Shown one piece after another: positions 1 to 8,265 of a stretch of 64,000 nt of DNA (within the stretch, counting starts at the first letter, position 1; every line of letters starts with the position of its first letter). Both the position numbers and the translations under genes were made by a program. The notes beneath the pieces were generated by a model. The model ran no database searches, was not told where the DNA came from, and worked only from the letters and a program-made list of their open reading frames with translations. The stretch is from an uncultured delta proteobacterium (lineage in GTDB: Bacteria; Myxococcota_A; Polyangia; Polyangiales; Polyangiaceae), in the NCBI GenBank assembly GCA_963841435.1, contig CAWJCS010000002.1:1024001-1088000 (forward strand), given 5' to 3'.

Positions 1-141
1 GCCGCCGACTCGCTGCGTCCGACTTCGAGCACCGTCGCCCCCGACGCCTACGCCACCAACGTGCGTGAGGCTTTCCCGCTCGGGCAATTCCTCGTCGGTC
101 GCGATCGCGTCACGGTCTCGATCCGCGAAATCATGCGTTAG
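1..141 (+). CDS. 3' end of an upstream gene (partial); possibly a SpoIVB/S55 peptidase-like protein
   Basis: Frame 1 is open from base 1 to TAG at 139-141 (...VREAFPLGQFLVGRDRVTVSIREIMR*), 7 nt before the next ATG. The S55 guess rests only on recalled gene neighbourhood. Confidence 0.5.
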   Translation, partial: AADSLRPTSSTVAPDAYATNVREAFPLGQFLVGRDRVTVSIREIMR

Positions 142-148
142 GCACTTC

Positions 149-2182
149 ATGCAGGCATCGTTTCGATTTTCCCTGGTCGTTTTGAGCGCGCTCGTTTGGT
201 CCGCCACCGCGGGCGCCGTGGGTACCCGTCGGTTCGTGCTCGAGAAGGAAGCCGACTTCAAGGGCGGCGACCTCAAGGGCGTCGCCGTCGACTCGCGCGG
301 CGCCGTGCGCGCCGGGCTCAATCTCGGCTCGGTCCCCGTGACGGAGGCGTCGTCGATCTGGGCGGCGCTGCCGCAGAAGGACGGCTCGGTGCTCCTCGGC
401 ACCGGCAACGAGGGTAAGCTCGTCGAGGTGCGTGGCGGGGTGACGCGCGTGCTCGCGGAGACGGGCGCTCTGGCCGTCACGTCGCTCACCAGCGCTTGGG
501 GCGGCAGCGTCGTGCTCGGCACGTTGCCCGACGGCAAGGTCATGAAGTGGGACCGTGGCAAGCTCAGCGAGCTGGTGAAGCTCAAAGGGGCCGACCACGT
601 GTTCGGCGTCGCCTTCGACCCGAGGACGAACGCGGTGTTCGCCGCCACGGGCCCTGAGGGCAAGCTGTTTCGCATCACGGCCACGGGGCAGGCGCAGGTC
701 TACTTCGACGCGGAGGAGCAGCACCTCGTGAGCGTCGCCGTGGGGCCCGACGGAACCGTCTACGCGGGGTCGAGCGACAAGGCGAAGCTCTACAAGCTCA
801 CCGGTCCCGGGCGCGCGAGCGTGCTCTACGATTTTTCGCGCACGGAGCTGCGCGCCATCGCGGTCGACGCGAAGGGCACCGTGTACGCCATCGCCAACGA
901 GCTCAAGAACGGCTTCACCGTCCCCGCGCGGCCGCCCAAGGACCAGGAGTCGGCCCCCGCGGGCCCCACGCAGACCACCGCGAAAGGCAAGGGCAAGGGC
1001 ACGCTCTATCGCTTCCTGCCGGACGGTCGCCCCGAGCGTCTCTACGACCTCGACGACGAGCACTTCACGAGCCTCGCGCTCGGCGACGACGGTCGGCCGT
1101 ACGTCGGCACGGGCGCCGAGGGGCGCGTCTACTCCGTCGACGAGTCGCGGCGCGTCACGCTCGTGGCTGACGTCGACGAGCGCCAGGTGGGCGCGCTCGT
1201 GCTCGCGGGAGCGACACGTCTCGTCGCGGGCAGCGACCCCGCCGTGCTCCACCCGGTGCGCGGCGTGGGCGGCGCCGACGCCGTGTGGACGAGCAAGGTG
1301 CTCGACGCGGGGCTGCGCGCACGCTTCGGCCGGCTCGACATCGAGGCGTCGGGTTCGCTCGAGCTATCCACGCGCAGCGGCAACACCAAGGAGCCCGACG
1401 ACACCTGGAGCGCCTGGACGCGCGATCAGGCGACGCCCTTCGTCGTGTCGAGCCCGCCCGCGCGCTTTCTGCAGGTCCGCGCGCGCTTTGCCAAGGATCC
1501 GAATGCCGAGCTTTCGGTGCTCGAGGTGGCCTTCGTCACCGACAACCTGCGCGCAACCGTCGCCGAGGTGAACGCGCGCCCGCGGCGCGACACGGGCGAC
1601 GAGCTTCGCACCTCGGGTGGCCCCGTGACGAAGAAGGCCGAAACCAAGCTCAGCATCTCCTGGAAGACGGACAATCCCGACAAGGACGAGCTGCGTTACC
1701 GGCTCAAGTACCGGCTGCTCGGCACGGCCACCTGGTACGACCTCACCAAAAAGGACGAGGTGCTCACCAAGGAGACCTACGACTGGGACACCTCGAGCCT
1801 CCCGGAGGGCCGCTACCGCGTGCGCGTGGTGGCGACGGACGAGCTCGCGAACCCGCCCGATCTCGTGACGCGCGACGATGCCGAAAGCGGCATCGTGCTC
1901 GTCAACAACACGCCGCCGCGTATCGAGGGGCTGCGCGCCGCGAACCGCCGCGTGCAGGGCATCGCCGTCGACGGCGTCGGGCCGATTCAACGTATCGAGG
2001 TCGCTCAGGCGGGCACCGACGACTGGGTGCCGTTCTTTCCGAGCGACGGCATTTTCGACGAAGCGCGCGAGGAGTTCGACATCGACGTAGGCTCGATCGC
2101 GCCGCCCGGTCCGTCGCTGCTCGCGATCCGCGTGTTCGACGACGCGAACAACGTCGTCATCCAGAACGTGGCGTTGAGGTAG
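149..2182 (+). CDS. Secreted beta-propeller (WD40/NHL-like) protein with C-terminal FN3/Ig-like domain
   Basis: Signal peptide after ATG149. Repeated blades such as VLLGTGNEGKLVEV, VFAATGPEGKLFRI, VYAGSSDKAKLYKL and YVGTGAEGRVYSV. FN3-like segment WDTSSLPEGRYRVRVVATD. Confidence 0.8.
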   Translation: MQASFRFSLVVLSALVWSATAGAVGTRRFVLEKEADFKGGDLKGVAVDSRGAVRAGLNLGSVPVTEASSIWAALPQKDGSVLLGTGNEGKLVEVRGGVTRVLAETGALAVTSLTSAWGGSVVLGTLPDGKVMKWDRGKLSELVKLKGADHVFGVAFDPRTNAVFAATGPEGKLFRITATGQAQVYFDAEEQHLVSVAVGPDGTVYAGSSDKAKLYKLTGPGRASVLYDFSRTELRAIAVDAKGTVYAIANELKNGFTVPARPPKDQESAPAGPTQTTAKGKGKGTLYRFLPDGRPERLYDLDDEHFTSLALGDDGRPYVGTGAEGRVYSVDESRRVTLVADVDERQVGALVLAGATRLVAGSDPAVLHPVRGVGGADAVWTSKVLDAGLRARFGRLDIEASGSLELSTRSGNTKEPDDTWSAWTRDQATPFVVSSPPARFLQVRARFAKDPNAELSVLEVAFVTDNLRATVAEVNARPRRDTGDELRTSGGPVTKKAETKLSISWKTDNPDKDELRYRLKYRLLGTATWYDLTKKDEVLTKETYDWDTSSLPEGRYRVRVVATDELANPPDLVTRDDAESGIVLVNNTPPRIEGLRAANRRVQGIAVDGVGPIQRIEVAQAGTDDWVPFFPSDGIFDEAREEFDIDVGSIAPPGPSLLAIRVFDDANNVVIQNVALR

Positions 2183-2189
2183 GCGGCAG

Positions 2190-3374
2190 ATGCGTAGGAC
2201 CTCGCGGCCGCTCGGGTGGGTCCTCCTCGGCCTCGCCCTCTGCGCCGTCTTCGAGGCCTGCTCCAACTCGACCTCCACGCGCAACGACGGACCCTCGAAC
2301 GGGTTCGGCGGCACGAGCGGCAGCGGCATGATGGACGCGACGACCGTCGACACGCCCGCCGAGGGCGGCGCCGGCGGGCTCGCATCCGACTACGACCCGG
2401 CCTGCGGCGTTACGGCGCCGAGCGCCTGCGTGCCCGACGACCCGCGCGCCTGCGAGAGCTTCCACCCAGGCGCGGGCAGCGGCGGCGGTGCTGGCCGCGG
2501 CGGCGCCTCCGGCTCCGCTGGCTCCGCGGGCACCGGCACGGGCGGCGCGAGCGCGGCTGGTTTCGCGGGCGAATTCGCCGGCGGCGAAGCGGGTGAGGCC
2601 GGCGCGGGAGGCGAGGGCGGACAGTCGAACGGGGGCGAGGGGCCGACGGCCGAGGGCGGCCAGTCGTCGAGCGGAACGGGGGGCACGGCGGGTCTCAGCA
2701 GCTCGGGCGGCTCGAGTGGCTCGAGTGGCTCGAGCGGCTCCGGTGGGACATCGGGCACCGCGGCCCCACCCGACGCGGGGCCGACCGTGTATTCGTGTCA
2801 GGTCAACGTGAGCGGGAACGAGCCGCGCTCCGTGTGCGCCCTGGCCGGGATCGGCGACGCCGACGCGCCGTGCCTCGACGGGACCGACTGCAAGCCGGGT
2901 CTCGCGTGCGTCGGCAAGGTGGCGGGTCGCTGCCGGCCCGCGTGCTGCGACCACGACCGCTGTGGCAGCGTCTCGGGGACGCACTGCTCGCTCGAGCCGC
3001 TCGCGCGGTCGAACGCCCCGTCGGGCGACGAGCCTGTGCTCGTGCCGGTCTGTGTCGTCGCCATCGAATGTAGCCTCGCGGAGGACTACCCCTGTACGGG
3101 CAGCGTGTGCACCTGCCCCGAGAGCACCGCGTGCATGGTCGTCGGCACGGACGGCAACACGAGCTGCGTGCCGCCGGGCATCGGCGCCGAAGGTGAGGCG
3201 TGTCCCTGCGCCTGGGGCCACGTCTGCTCCCAGGTGACGGGCCGGTGCGTCAAGCTCTGCCAGACGGCCGCGCCCGCCGACGACTGCGGCAGCGGACGCT
3301 GCGAGGCGTCGCCGGCCCTGCCGCTCGGCTGGGGGCTCTGCGTGGGTCGCGGCGCGGCGGACGCGGGACAATAG
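2190..3374 (+). CDS. Gly/Ser-rich, Cys-rich lipoprotein
   Basis: Signal peptide ending ...FEA-C, a long GGxxG/GSS low-complexity linker, and a Cys-rich C-terminal half typical of Polyangiales lipoproteins. Confidence 0.75.
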   Translation: MRRTSRPLGWVLLGLALCAVFEACSNSTSTRNDGPSNGFGGTSGSGMMDATTVDTPAEGGAGGLASDYDPACGVTAPSACVPDDPRACESFHPGAGSGGGAGRGGASGSAGSAGTGTGGASAAGFAGEFAGGEAGEAGAGGEGGQSNGGEGPTAEGGQSSSGTGGTAGLSSSGGSSGSSGSSGSGGTSGTAAPPDAGPTVYSCQVNVSGNEPRSVCALAGIGDADAPCLDGTDCKPGLACVGKVAGRCRPACCDHDRCGSVSGTHCSLEPLARSNAPSGDEPVLVPVCVVAIECSLAEDYPCTGSVCTCPESTACMVVGTDGNTSCVPPGIGAEGEACPCAWGHVCSQVTGRCVKLCQTAAPADDCGSGRCEASPALPLGWGLCVGRGAADAGQ

Positions 3375-3380
3375 CTCGGC

Positions 3381-3797
3381 ATGCGCGTGCACCAGGCCAC
3401 CCTCGACGTCCCCACGAGCGGGCGCAGCTTTTCGAACGTCACCCGGGCCATCGAGGGGATCGTGCGCGAGAGCGGCATCACCACGGGCCTTGCCACCGTG
3501 TTCCTGCAGCACACCTCCGCGAGCCTTTTGATCCAGGAAAACGCCGACCCCGCCGTGCTGCGCGATCTTGCGCGGTTCCTCGCCGACCTCGCGCCCGAAT
3601 CGCGCGCGTGGGAGCACGACGACGAAGGCGCGGACGACATGCCCGCCCACGTGAAGACGGCGCTCACGAGGAGCTCGGAGTCGATCCCGATCGTCGGGGG
3701 CCGTCTCGCGCTCGGCACCTGGCAGGCCGTGTACGTCGTCGAGCACCGGGCTCGCGCCCACGTCCGAACGCTCGTCGTTCACCTCGCGGGACAGTGA
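3381..3797 (+). CDS. yjbQ: YjbQ/UPF0047 family (secondary thiamine-phosphate synthase-like)
   Basis: Motifs HTSASLLIQENADP, HDDEGADDMPAHVK and LALGTWQ. Confidence 0.9.
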   Translation: MRVHQATLDVPTSGRSFSNVTRAIEGIVRESGITTGLATVFLQHTSASLLIQENADPAVLRDLARFLADLAPESRAWEHDDEGADDMPAHVKTALTRSSESIPIVGGRLALGTWQAVYVVEHRARAHVRTLVVHLAGQ

Positions 3798-4375
3798 TGC
3801 TCGAGCTGCGCGTGCCCACGCCCGAGGCCTGGCTGCCCACCGTGCTCGCGGACTTCGACGCTTTTCTCGTCGATCATGCAGCCTGCGAAAAGAAGGCATT
3901 TTCCACCGGCGTTTCGCTGATCTCGTCGTACCCGCGCGAGACGCGTCTCGTCGAGGCCATGCTCGAGTTCGCGCGCGAGGAGCTCGAGCATTTCCAGCGC
4001 TTGCATCGCGTGCTCGTCGCGCGTGGTCTCACGCTCGGTCCGGACGAGCCCGACGCGTACGCTCGCGCGCTCGGCAGCCGGATCCGCCCGCATGGCCCGA
4101 GCAAGCTCTGCGATCGCCTGCTCGTCGCGGGCATCATCGAAGCACGGAGCTGCGAGCGGTTGCGCCTGCTGGCCGACGCGCTCACGCCGAAGGAGCCGGA
4201 GCTCGCCGAGACCTACGCGGATCTCGGTCGTGCCGAGGCTCGCCACCACGGGCTCTTCTTCCGGCTCTGTCGCGAGCACGTTGGGCATGCCGTCGCGATC
4301 TCACGTGCCGGCGAGCTGCTCGATTTCGAAGCCGCGCTGATGGCCGAGCTGCCCATCAGCGCGCGCGTGCACTGA
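3797..4375 (+). CDS. miaE: tRNA-(ms2io6A37) hydroxylase, ferritin-like
   Basis: Di-iron motifs DHAACEKKA, AREELEHF, IEARSCER and EARHH. The start overlaps the yjbQ stop (TGATG). Confidence 0.9.
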   Translation: MLELRVPTPEAWLPTVLADFDAFLVDHAACEKKAFSTGVSLISSYPRETRLVEAMLEFAREELEHFQRLHRVLVARGLTLGPDEPDAYARALGSRIRPHGPSKLCDRLLVAGIIEARSCERLRLLADALTPKEPELAETYADLGRAEARHHGLFFRLCREHVGHAVAISRAGELLDFEAALMAELPISARVH

Positions 4376-4384
4376 GGCGGCGGC

Positions 4385-4790
4385 GTGCGCTTCGACGAGC
4401 TCGCCCGCGTCGTCCTTCTCGCGCCGTGCCGGCACCCGGTGCGGCTCGTCGCGATCGACGGCGCGGGCGCCGCCGGAAAAAGCACGTTTTGCTCCGCCCT
4501 CGCGCACTGCCTCGCTGACGCCTCCGTCGTTCCGATGGACGACTTCGCCGCCTGGGACGACCTCGAAGTCTCCTGGCCTCGCTTCGAACGCGAGGTGCTC
4601 GCTCCGGCTTTCCAGCGCCGTGCCATTCGCTACCAGCGGCGTGATTGGGAGCGCGATTTCCGCGGGCGTGGCCTCGGAGACGTGCGAGAGCTCCCGTTCT
4701 CCGAAGTCCTGATCCTCGAAGGTATTGGCGCCGCGCGGCGGGCCGTCGCGGATCGGCTCACCTACGCGATCTTCGTTACGCGCCGGCCCC
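4385..4790 (+). pseudogene. Uridine-kinase-like P-loop protein, apparently C-terminally truncated
   Basis: VAIDGAGAAGKST Walker A, MDDF and LILEGIGA are present. Family-like sequence ends near LTYAIFV, and the frame then runs antisense through another gene. The end coordinate is approximate. Confidence 0.55.
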
Positions 4791-4831
4791 ACGGCGTCTG
4801 GACTGACGGGTCGCGCGCCCTCACCGGGGCG

Positions 4832-5188
4832 TCACGAAAGACCTTCGTCGACCAGCAGCCGCGCCCACGGCTCCGACCAGATCGACGCCGGCGCGCTCGC
4901 GACGAGCAGCCGCTCGAGCGATCGCCCCGGATCCTCGCGCGCATCGCGGTGCCCGCCGAGCTCGCGCACGATCGAGCCGCGAAAGGCGACGTAGGTCGCG
5001 CCCTGCCCGTCGCGCGCGAACGCGCCGCGGTAGCCGGGCCCCGGCGTCACGCCGTGCTCGGTGAGCGCCGGGGAGGTCGCGAAGCCCTGATCGAGGCGCG
5101 CGCCGAGCTCCGGCGGTGCGCGCCAGGTTGGATTGGGGCGGCCCGAAAGCACGAGCAAGCCGACCTCCCAGTCTCCCGGCGACGTCAT
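4832..5188 (-). CDS. Hypothetical protein (118 aa, SGRPNPxW...GYRG motifs)
   Basis: ATG at 5188 overlaps the stop of an upstream micro-ORF. Composition is protein-like. Confidence 0.65.
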   Translation of the reverse strand: MTSPGDWEVGLLVLSGRPNPTWRAPPELGARLDQGFATSPALTEHGVTPGPGYRGAFARDGQGATYVAFRGSIVRELGGHRDAREDPGRSLERLLVASAPASIWSEPWARLLVDEGLS

Positions 5189-5256
5189 CGGATCTCGAGG
5201 TGGCCGTGCACGACCACACTGAAAGAAGTGAGCTCCACGCTGAGCTTGATGGACAT
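5185..5256 (-). CDS. Micro-ORF, 23 aa (MSIKLSVELTSFSVVVHGHLEIR)
   Basis: Perfect AAGGAGG Shine-Dalgarno (complement of 5262-5268) 5 nt before the ATG. Its stop overlaps the next start (ATGA). Confidence 0.5.
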   Translation of the reverse strand: MSIKLSVELTSFSVVVHGHLEIR

Positions 5257-5486
5257 CGACGCCTCCTTCTCGAGCGAGCGCGCCCGACCCCCGGCCGGTC
5301 GCCCTCGCGGGCGCGCGCTCGTCCGTCGAGGTCAGCACGATCTGGCGCGCCCGGAAATGGCGGAGCTCGTCCGGCTTCGGGCCGGGCCTTCCGTGCCTCG
5401 GCCCCCCGTCCGAGGCTCCTTTGCCGCGCCCGCCGACGACCGGCCAAGGTCGCGATCCGGGCCGCCGTCTGATAAGAGTGCGCTCG

Positions 5487-7049
5487 ATGAGAGTGCGCTC
5501 GGCGAGCTTTCGGCGCCGCTGGCTCGTGCCGATGGTGCTCCTCACCGCGGTCGCCTTGGCCGTGTTCTGGACGCTGTACGCGCTCGATCTCGTGCAGTCG
5601 GTCGGCAGCGCGCACGACGGTCTGAGCGTCTACCTCGCCTTCGACCCGAGCAGCATCACCGACGCCGTGAGCGCCCTGGCCGGCATGAACGCCGCGGTGT
5701 TCGGTATCGTCGTCACGGTCGTCAGCATCATCGTGCAGTTGTCCGCCGATCGATACACCGGTGTAGCGCGCATGTTCTTGCGCGACCGGGTCAATCTCGG
5801 CGTCATGGCGTACTACGTCGTCGCCTGCGTCGCGGGTGTGTGGCTCAGCGTGTCGCTCAAGCACGACTACGTTCCGAGGCTCACGCTGTTCGGCACGATC
5901 TGGATCACGACGGGCAGCCTGGTTTTGATGGGCCCGTACTTCAGCTACGTGTTCTGGTTCCTCGAGCCGATGAACATCATCGCGCGCATCCGCAGCGAGG
6001 CGGTGAACGTGGCGCGCATCGGCTCGCGTCGAGAGCGCCCGGGGGCCTGCGCCGAGGCGCAAGTGGCCACCCTTTCGGCCATGGAAGAGCTCACCGACAT
6101 CACGAGCAACTCCATCTCCGGCAAGGACAAGATCATCGCGAGCGGCGCCGTCGATGCGCTCAAGGATTTCGCCGTGGAGTACGTGCGCGGGAAGAACCGG
6201 GCGAGCGACGCGTGGTTCCGCATCGGCACCGAGCTCCGTGAAAACCCGGATTTCGTCGCGATGGATCCCGAGTCACTCTCGGATCTCGAGCGCCGGCGCA
6301 CCTGGGTGGAATGGCAGGTCCTGCGCCAGTACCTCGGCATCTACAACGAAGCGCTCACCAACATGCGCGACATCAACTATCTCGTCGCGATCGATACGCG
6401 CTACATCGGCGAGGCGGCGAACGAACTCGAGGACCAAGAGCTCGTCGAGCTCACGTTCCGTTTCATGAATTCGTACCTGCGCGCGACGCTCAACGCGCGC
6501 GACGTGCGCACCGCCTACAACGTCTTGAACCAGTACCGCTTGCTCGTCGAGGCCATGCTGCGGCACGGCGACTCGGATACTGCGCTCGAGGGTGTCAAGC
6601 ACATGGCGTACTACGGCCACGTGAGCTTCGACATGAAGCTCACGTTCGTCACCGAGACCGTGGCCTACGACGTGTCCTCGCTCTGCCAGTATGCGAACGA
6701 GCTCGGTTCTGCGCAGGAAGATGCGATGCTATCGCAGTTCTTGCAGCTCGATCGACCGCTCCGCGTTAGCGCGCAGGAGAGCGCGCTGCTCGGCGTGCGA
6801 AAGGCCCAGGTCAAGCTTGCCGCGTACTACCTCATGCGCGGCCTCGAAGACAAAGCCAGGCTGATCTCGCGTGACATGGAGCACGAGCCGCCGGAGCGCC
6901 TCGCCTCGATCCGCCGCGCGCTCGAGAGCGTCACCAGCAAGGATTTCTGGGAAATCATCGACCGCGGGCGCAACTTCGAATACATGCCGCCGGCACAGCG
7001 CGCCTGCCTCGAGACGTTCTTCTCCTGGCTCGACGTGGCGCCGAGCTAG
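5487..7049 (+). CDS. DUF2254-like membrane protein
   Basis: About four N-terminal TM helices with IIVQLSADRYT, followed by a helical cytoplasmic domain (EELTDI...A.DAL). Confidence 0.7.
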   Translation: MRVRSASFRRRWLVPMVLLTAVALAVFWTLYALDLVQSVGSAHDGLSVYLAFDPSSITDAVSALAGMNAAVFGIVVTVVSIIVQLSADRYTGVARMFLRDRVNLGVMAYYVVACVAGVWLSVSLKHDYVPRLTLFGTIWITTGSLVLMGPYFSYVFWFLEPMNIIARIRSEAVNVARIGSRRERPGACAEAQVATLSAMEELTDITSNSISGKDKIIASGAVDALKDFAVEYVRGKNRASDAWFRIGTELRENPDFVAMDPESLSDLERRRTWVEWQVLRQYLGIYNEALTNMRDINYLVAIDTRYIGEAANELEDQELVELTFRFMNSYLRATLNARDVRTAYNVLNQYRLLVEAMLRHGDSDTALEGVKHMAYYGHVSFDMKLTFVTETVAYDVSSLCQYANELGSAQEDAMLSQFLQLDRPLRVSAQESALLGVRKAQVKLAAYYLMRGLEDKARLISRDMEHEPPERLASIRRALESVTSKDFWEIIDRGRNFEYMPPAQRACLETFFSWLDVAPS

Positions 7050-7074
7050 GCTCAGCCCCGGCCCCCGCGAGGTG

Positions 7075-7383
7075 TCAGCGCCCGGGGCGAAGCGAGTCGT
7101 AGCGCACCCCGAGCGCGCCGAGGACGCCGTCGAGCAGCGCTTCGTCGCGCCGCACGATCGCGAGGTGGAGCAGGCGGGTGCGGTCGTCGGTGGCGGGTAG
7201 CGTCCCGAGCAGGGCCCGGCCCGTCGCGATCTTCGCCTCGAGGCGCTCGCGCGTGGCGCCGGCCGACAGCGACGGGGTCGCCTGCGGCTTCGAGGCGGGA
7301 GGGGCCGACGCTGAACGCTCCCGAACGGCAGACTCGTCGCTGCTGCTCGGTAGAGGGGGGCGGCTCTTTGCGGGGACGCTCAT
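7075..7383 (-). CDS. Small hypothetical protein (102 aa)
   Basis: Disordered N-terminus and helical C-terminus (RLLHLAIVRRDEALLDGVL). Preceded by a sigma54-type promoter. Confidence 0.65.
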   Translation of the reverse strand: MSVPAKSRPPLPSSSDESAVRERSASAPPASKPQATPSLSAGATRERLEAKIATGRALLGTLPATDDRTRLLHLAIVRRDEALLDGVLGALGVRYDSLRPGR

Positions 7384-7425
7384 GATTGCCTTCTGCGGAA
7401 CGCTCTAACTGCTTCAACGCTTACG

Positions 7426-7442
7426 TTGCAGTTTTCGTTCCG
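7426..7442 (-). promoter_or_regulatory. Putative sigma54 -24/-12 promoter for the 7075-7383 gene
   Basis: Minus strand reads CGGAACGAAAACTGCAA, giving exact GG-N10-GC spacing in an AT-rich intergenic patch. Confidence 0.5.
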
Positions 7443-7612
7443 ATCTATTCAAACCCGGAGGTCGCGAAGGGCTTTGGTCGGTAAGTTGCCGAAATGACCA
7501 GGTGAATTACCGGCCTGCGGGCCGGATGCCCCTCGGGCTCGCCCTTCCATTCCGCCTCGGACGGAGTGCGCGGTGTGCACCCCGTGACGCAAAAGTCACG
7601 CTCCGGCGCCAC

Positions 7613-7641
7613 TTGCCAACGATTGCTCCGGTTTCTATGGT
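7613..7641 (+). promoter_or_regulatory. Sigma70-type promoter for a leaderless fatty acid hydroxylase mRNA
   Basis: TTGCCA (7613-7618), a 17-nt spacer, then TATGGT (7636-7641), 6 nt before GTG7648. No Shine-Dalgarno. Confidence 0.6.
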
Positions 7642-7647
7642 CCGGGC

Positions 7648-8265
7648 GTGCGAGCTTGGCTTTTCATTTCTGAAAGCGCGGATTCGCCGCGGATGTTCCG
7701 CAGCGACTTCCTCGACCTATTCTCGCGCACCCATCCAGTCATCGTTCCGGTCCTCTTCGTTCCGGGCGCCGCTGTGGGCGTCTACGAGAGCATGACGGTG
7801 GGCGGTCGCGGAATCCTCACGACGCTGTTGCTCGTCATGGGCGGCTTCGTGGCGTGGACGCTCGCCGAGTATTGGCTCCACCGCCTGTTCTTCCACTGGA
7901 AGGCGCCCGGCCGCTGGGGTGAACGATTGCACTTTCTCGTGCATGGCGTTCATCACACCTGGCCGCGCGACAAATACCGTCTCGTGATGCCGCCAGCGGT
8001 GAGCATCAGCCTCTACTTCATCTTCCTCACGGTCTTCTTGCTGACGCTCGGCCCGCGCTGGGGCTGGGGCTTCCACGCGGGTTTCGTGGTCGGGTACATG
8101 TTCTACGACCTTACCCACTACTACCTACATCACTACAGTCCGCGGACGGAGTACGGCGTGCGACTCAAGAAGAATCACATGCTGCACCATTTCAAGGACC
8201 CGACGCGCCGCTTCGGCGTGTCGAACATGCTGTGGGATCGCGTGTTCGGAACGGGCCCCCGCTGA
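7648..8265 (+). CDS. Fatty acid 2-hydroxylase / sterol desaturase family (FA2H/Scs7-like)
   Basis: His boxes EYWLHRLFFH, HFLVHGVHH, YDLTHYYLHH and HMLHHF, plus RLVMPP and FGVS..WDRVFGT. Confidence 0.9.
   Translation: MRAWLFISESADSPRMFRSDFLDLFSRTHPVIVPVLFVPGAAVGVYESMTVGGRGILTTLLLVMGGFVAWTLAEYWLHRLFFHWKAPGRWGERLHFLVHGVHHTWPRDKYRLVMPPAVSISLYFIFLTVFLLTLGPRWGWGFHAGFVVGYMFYDLTHYYLHHYSPRTEYGVRLKKNHMLHHFKDPTRRFGVSNMLWDRVFGTGPR

Noticed and set aside
2700-2745. GGCTCGAGT short tandem repeats
   Set aside because: They encode an ordinary Gly/Ser linker in a lipoprotein.
4385-6241. 618-aa ORF from the track as one real protein
   Set aside because: Only the first ~130 aa look like a P-loop kinase. The rest is Arg-rich read-through across an antisense gene and out of frame with the DUF2254 gene.
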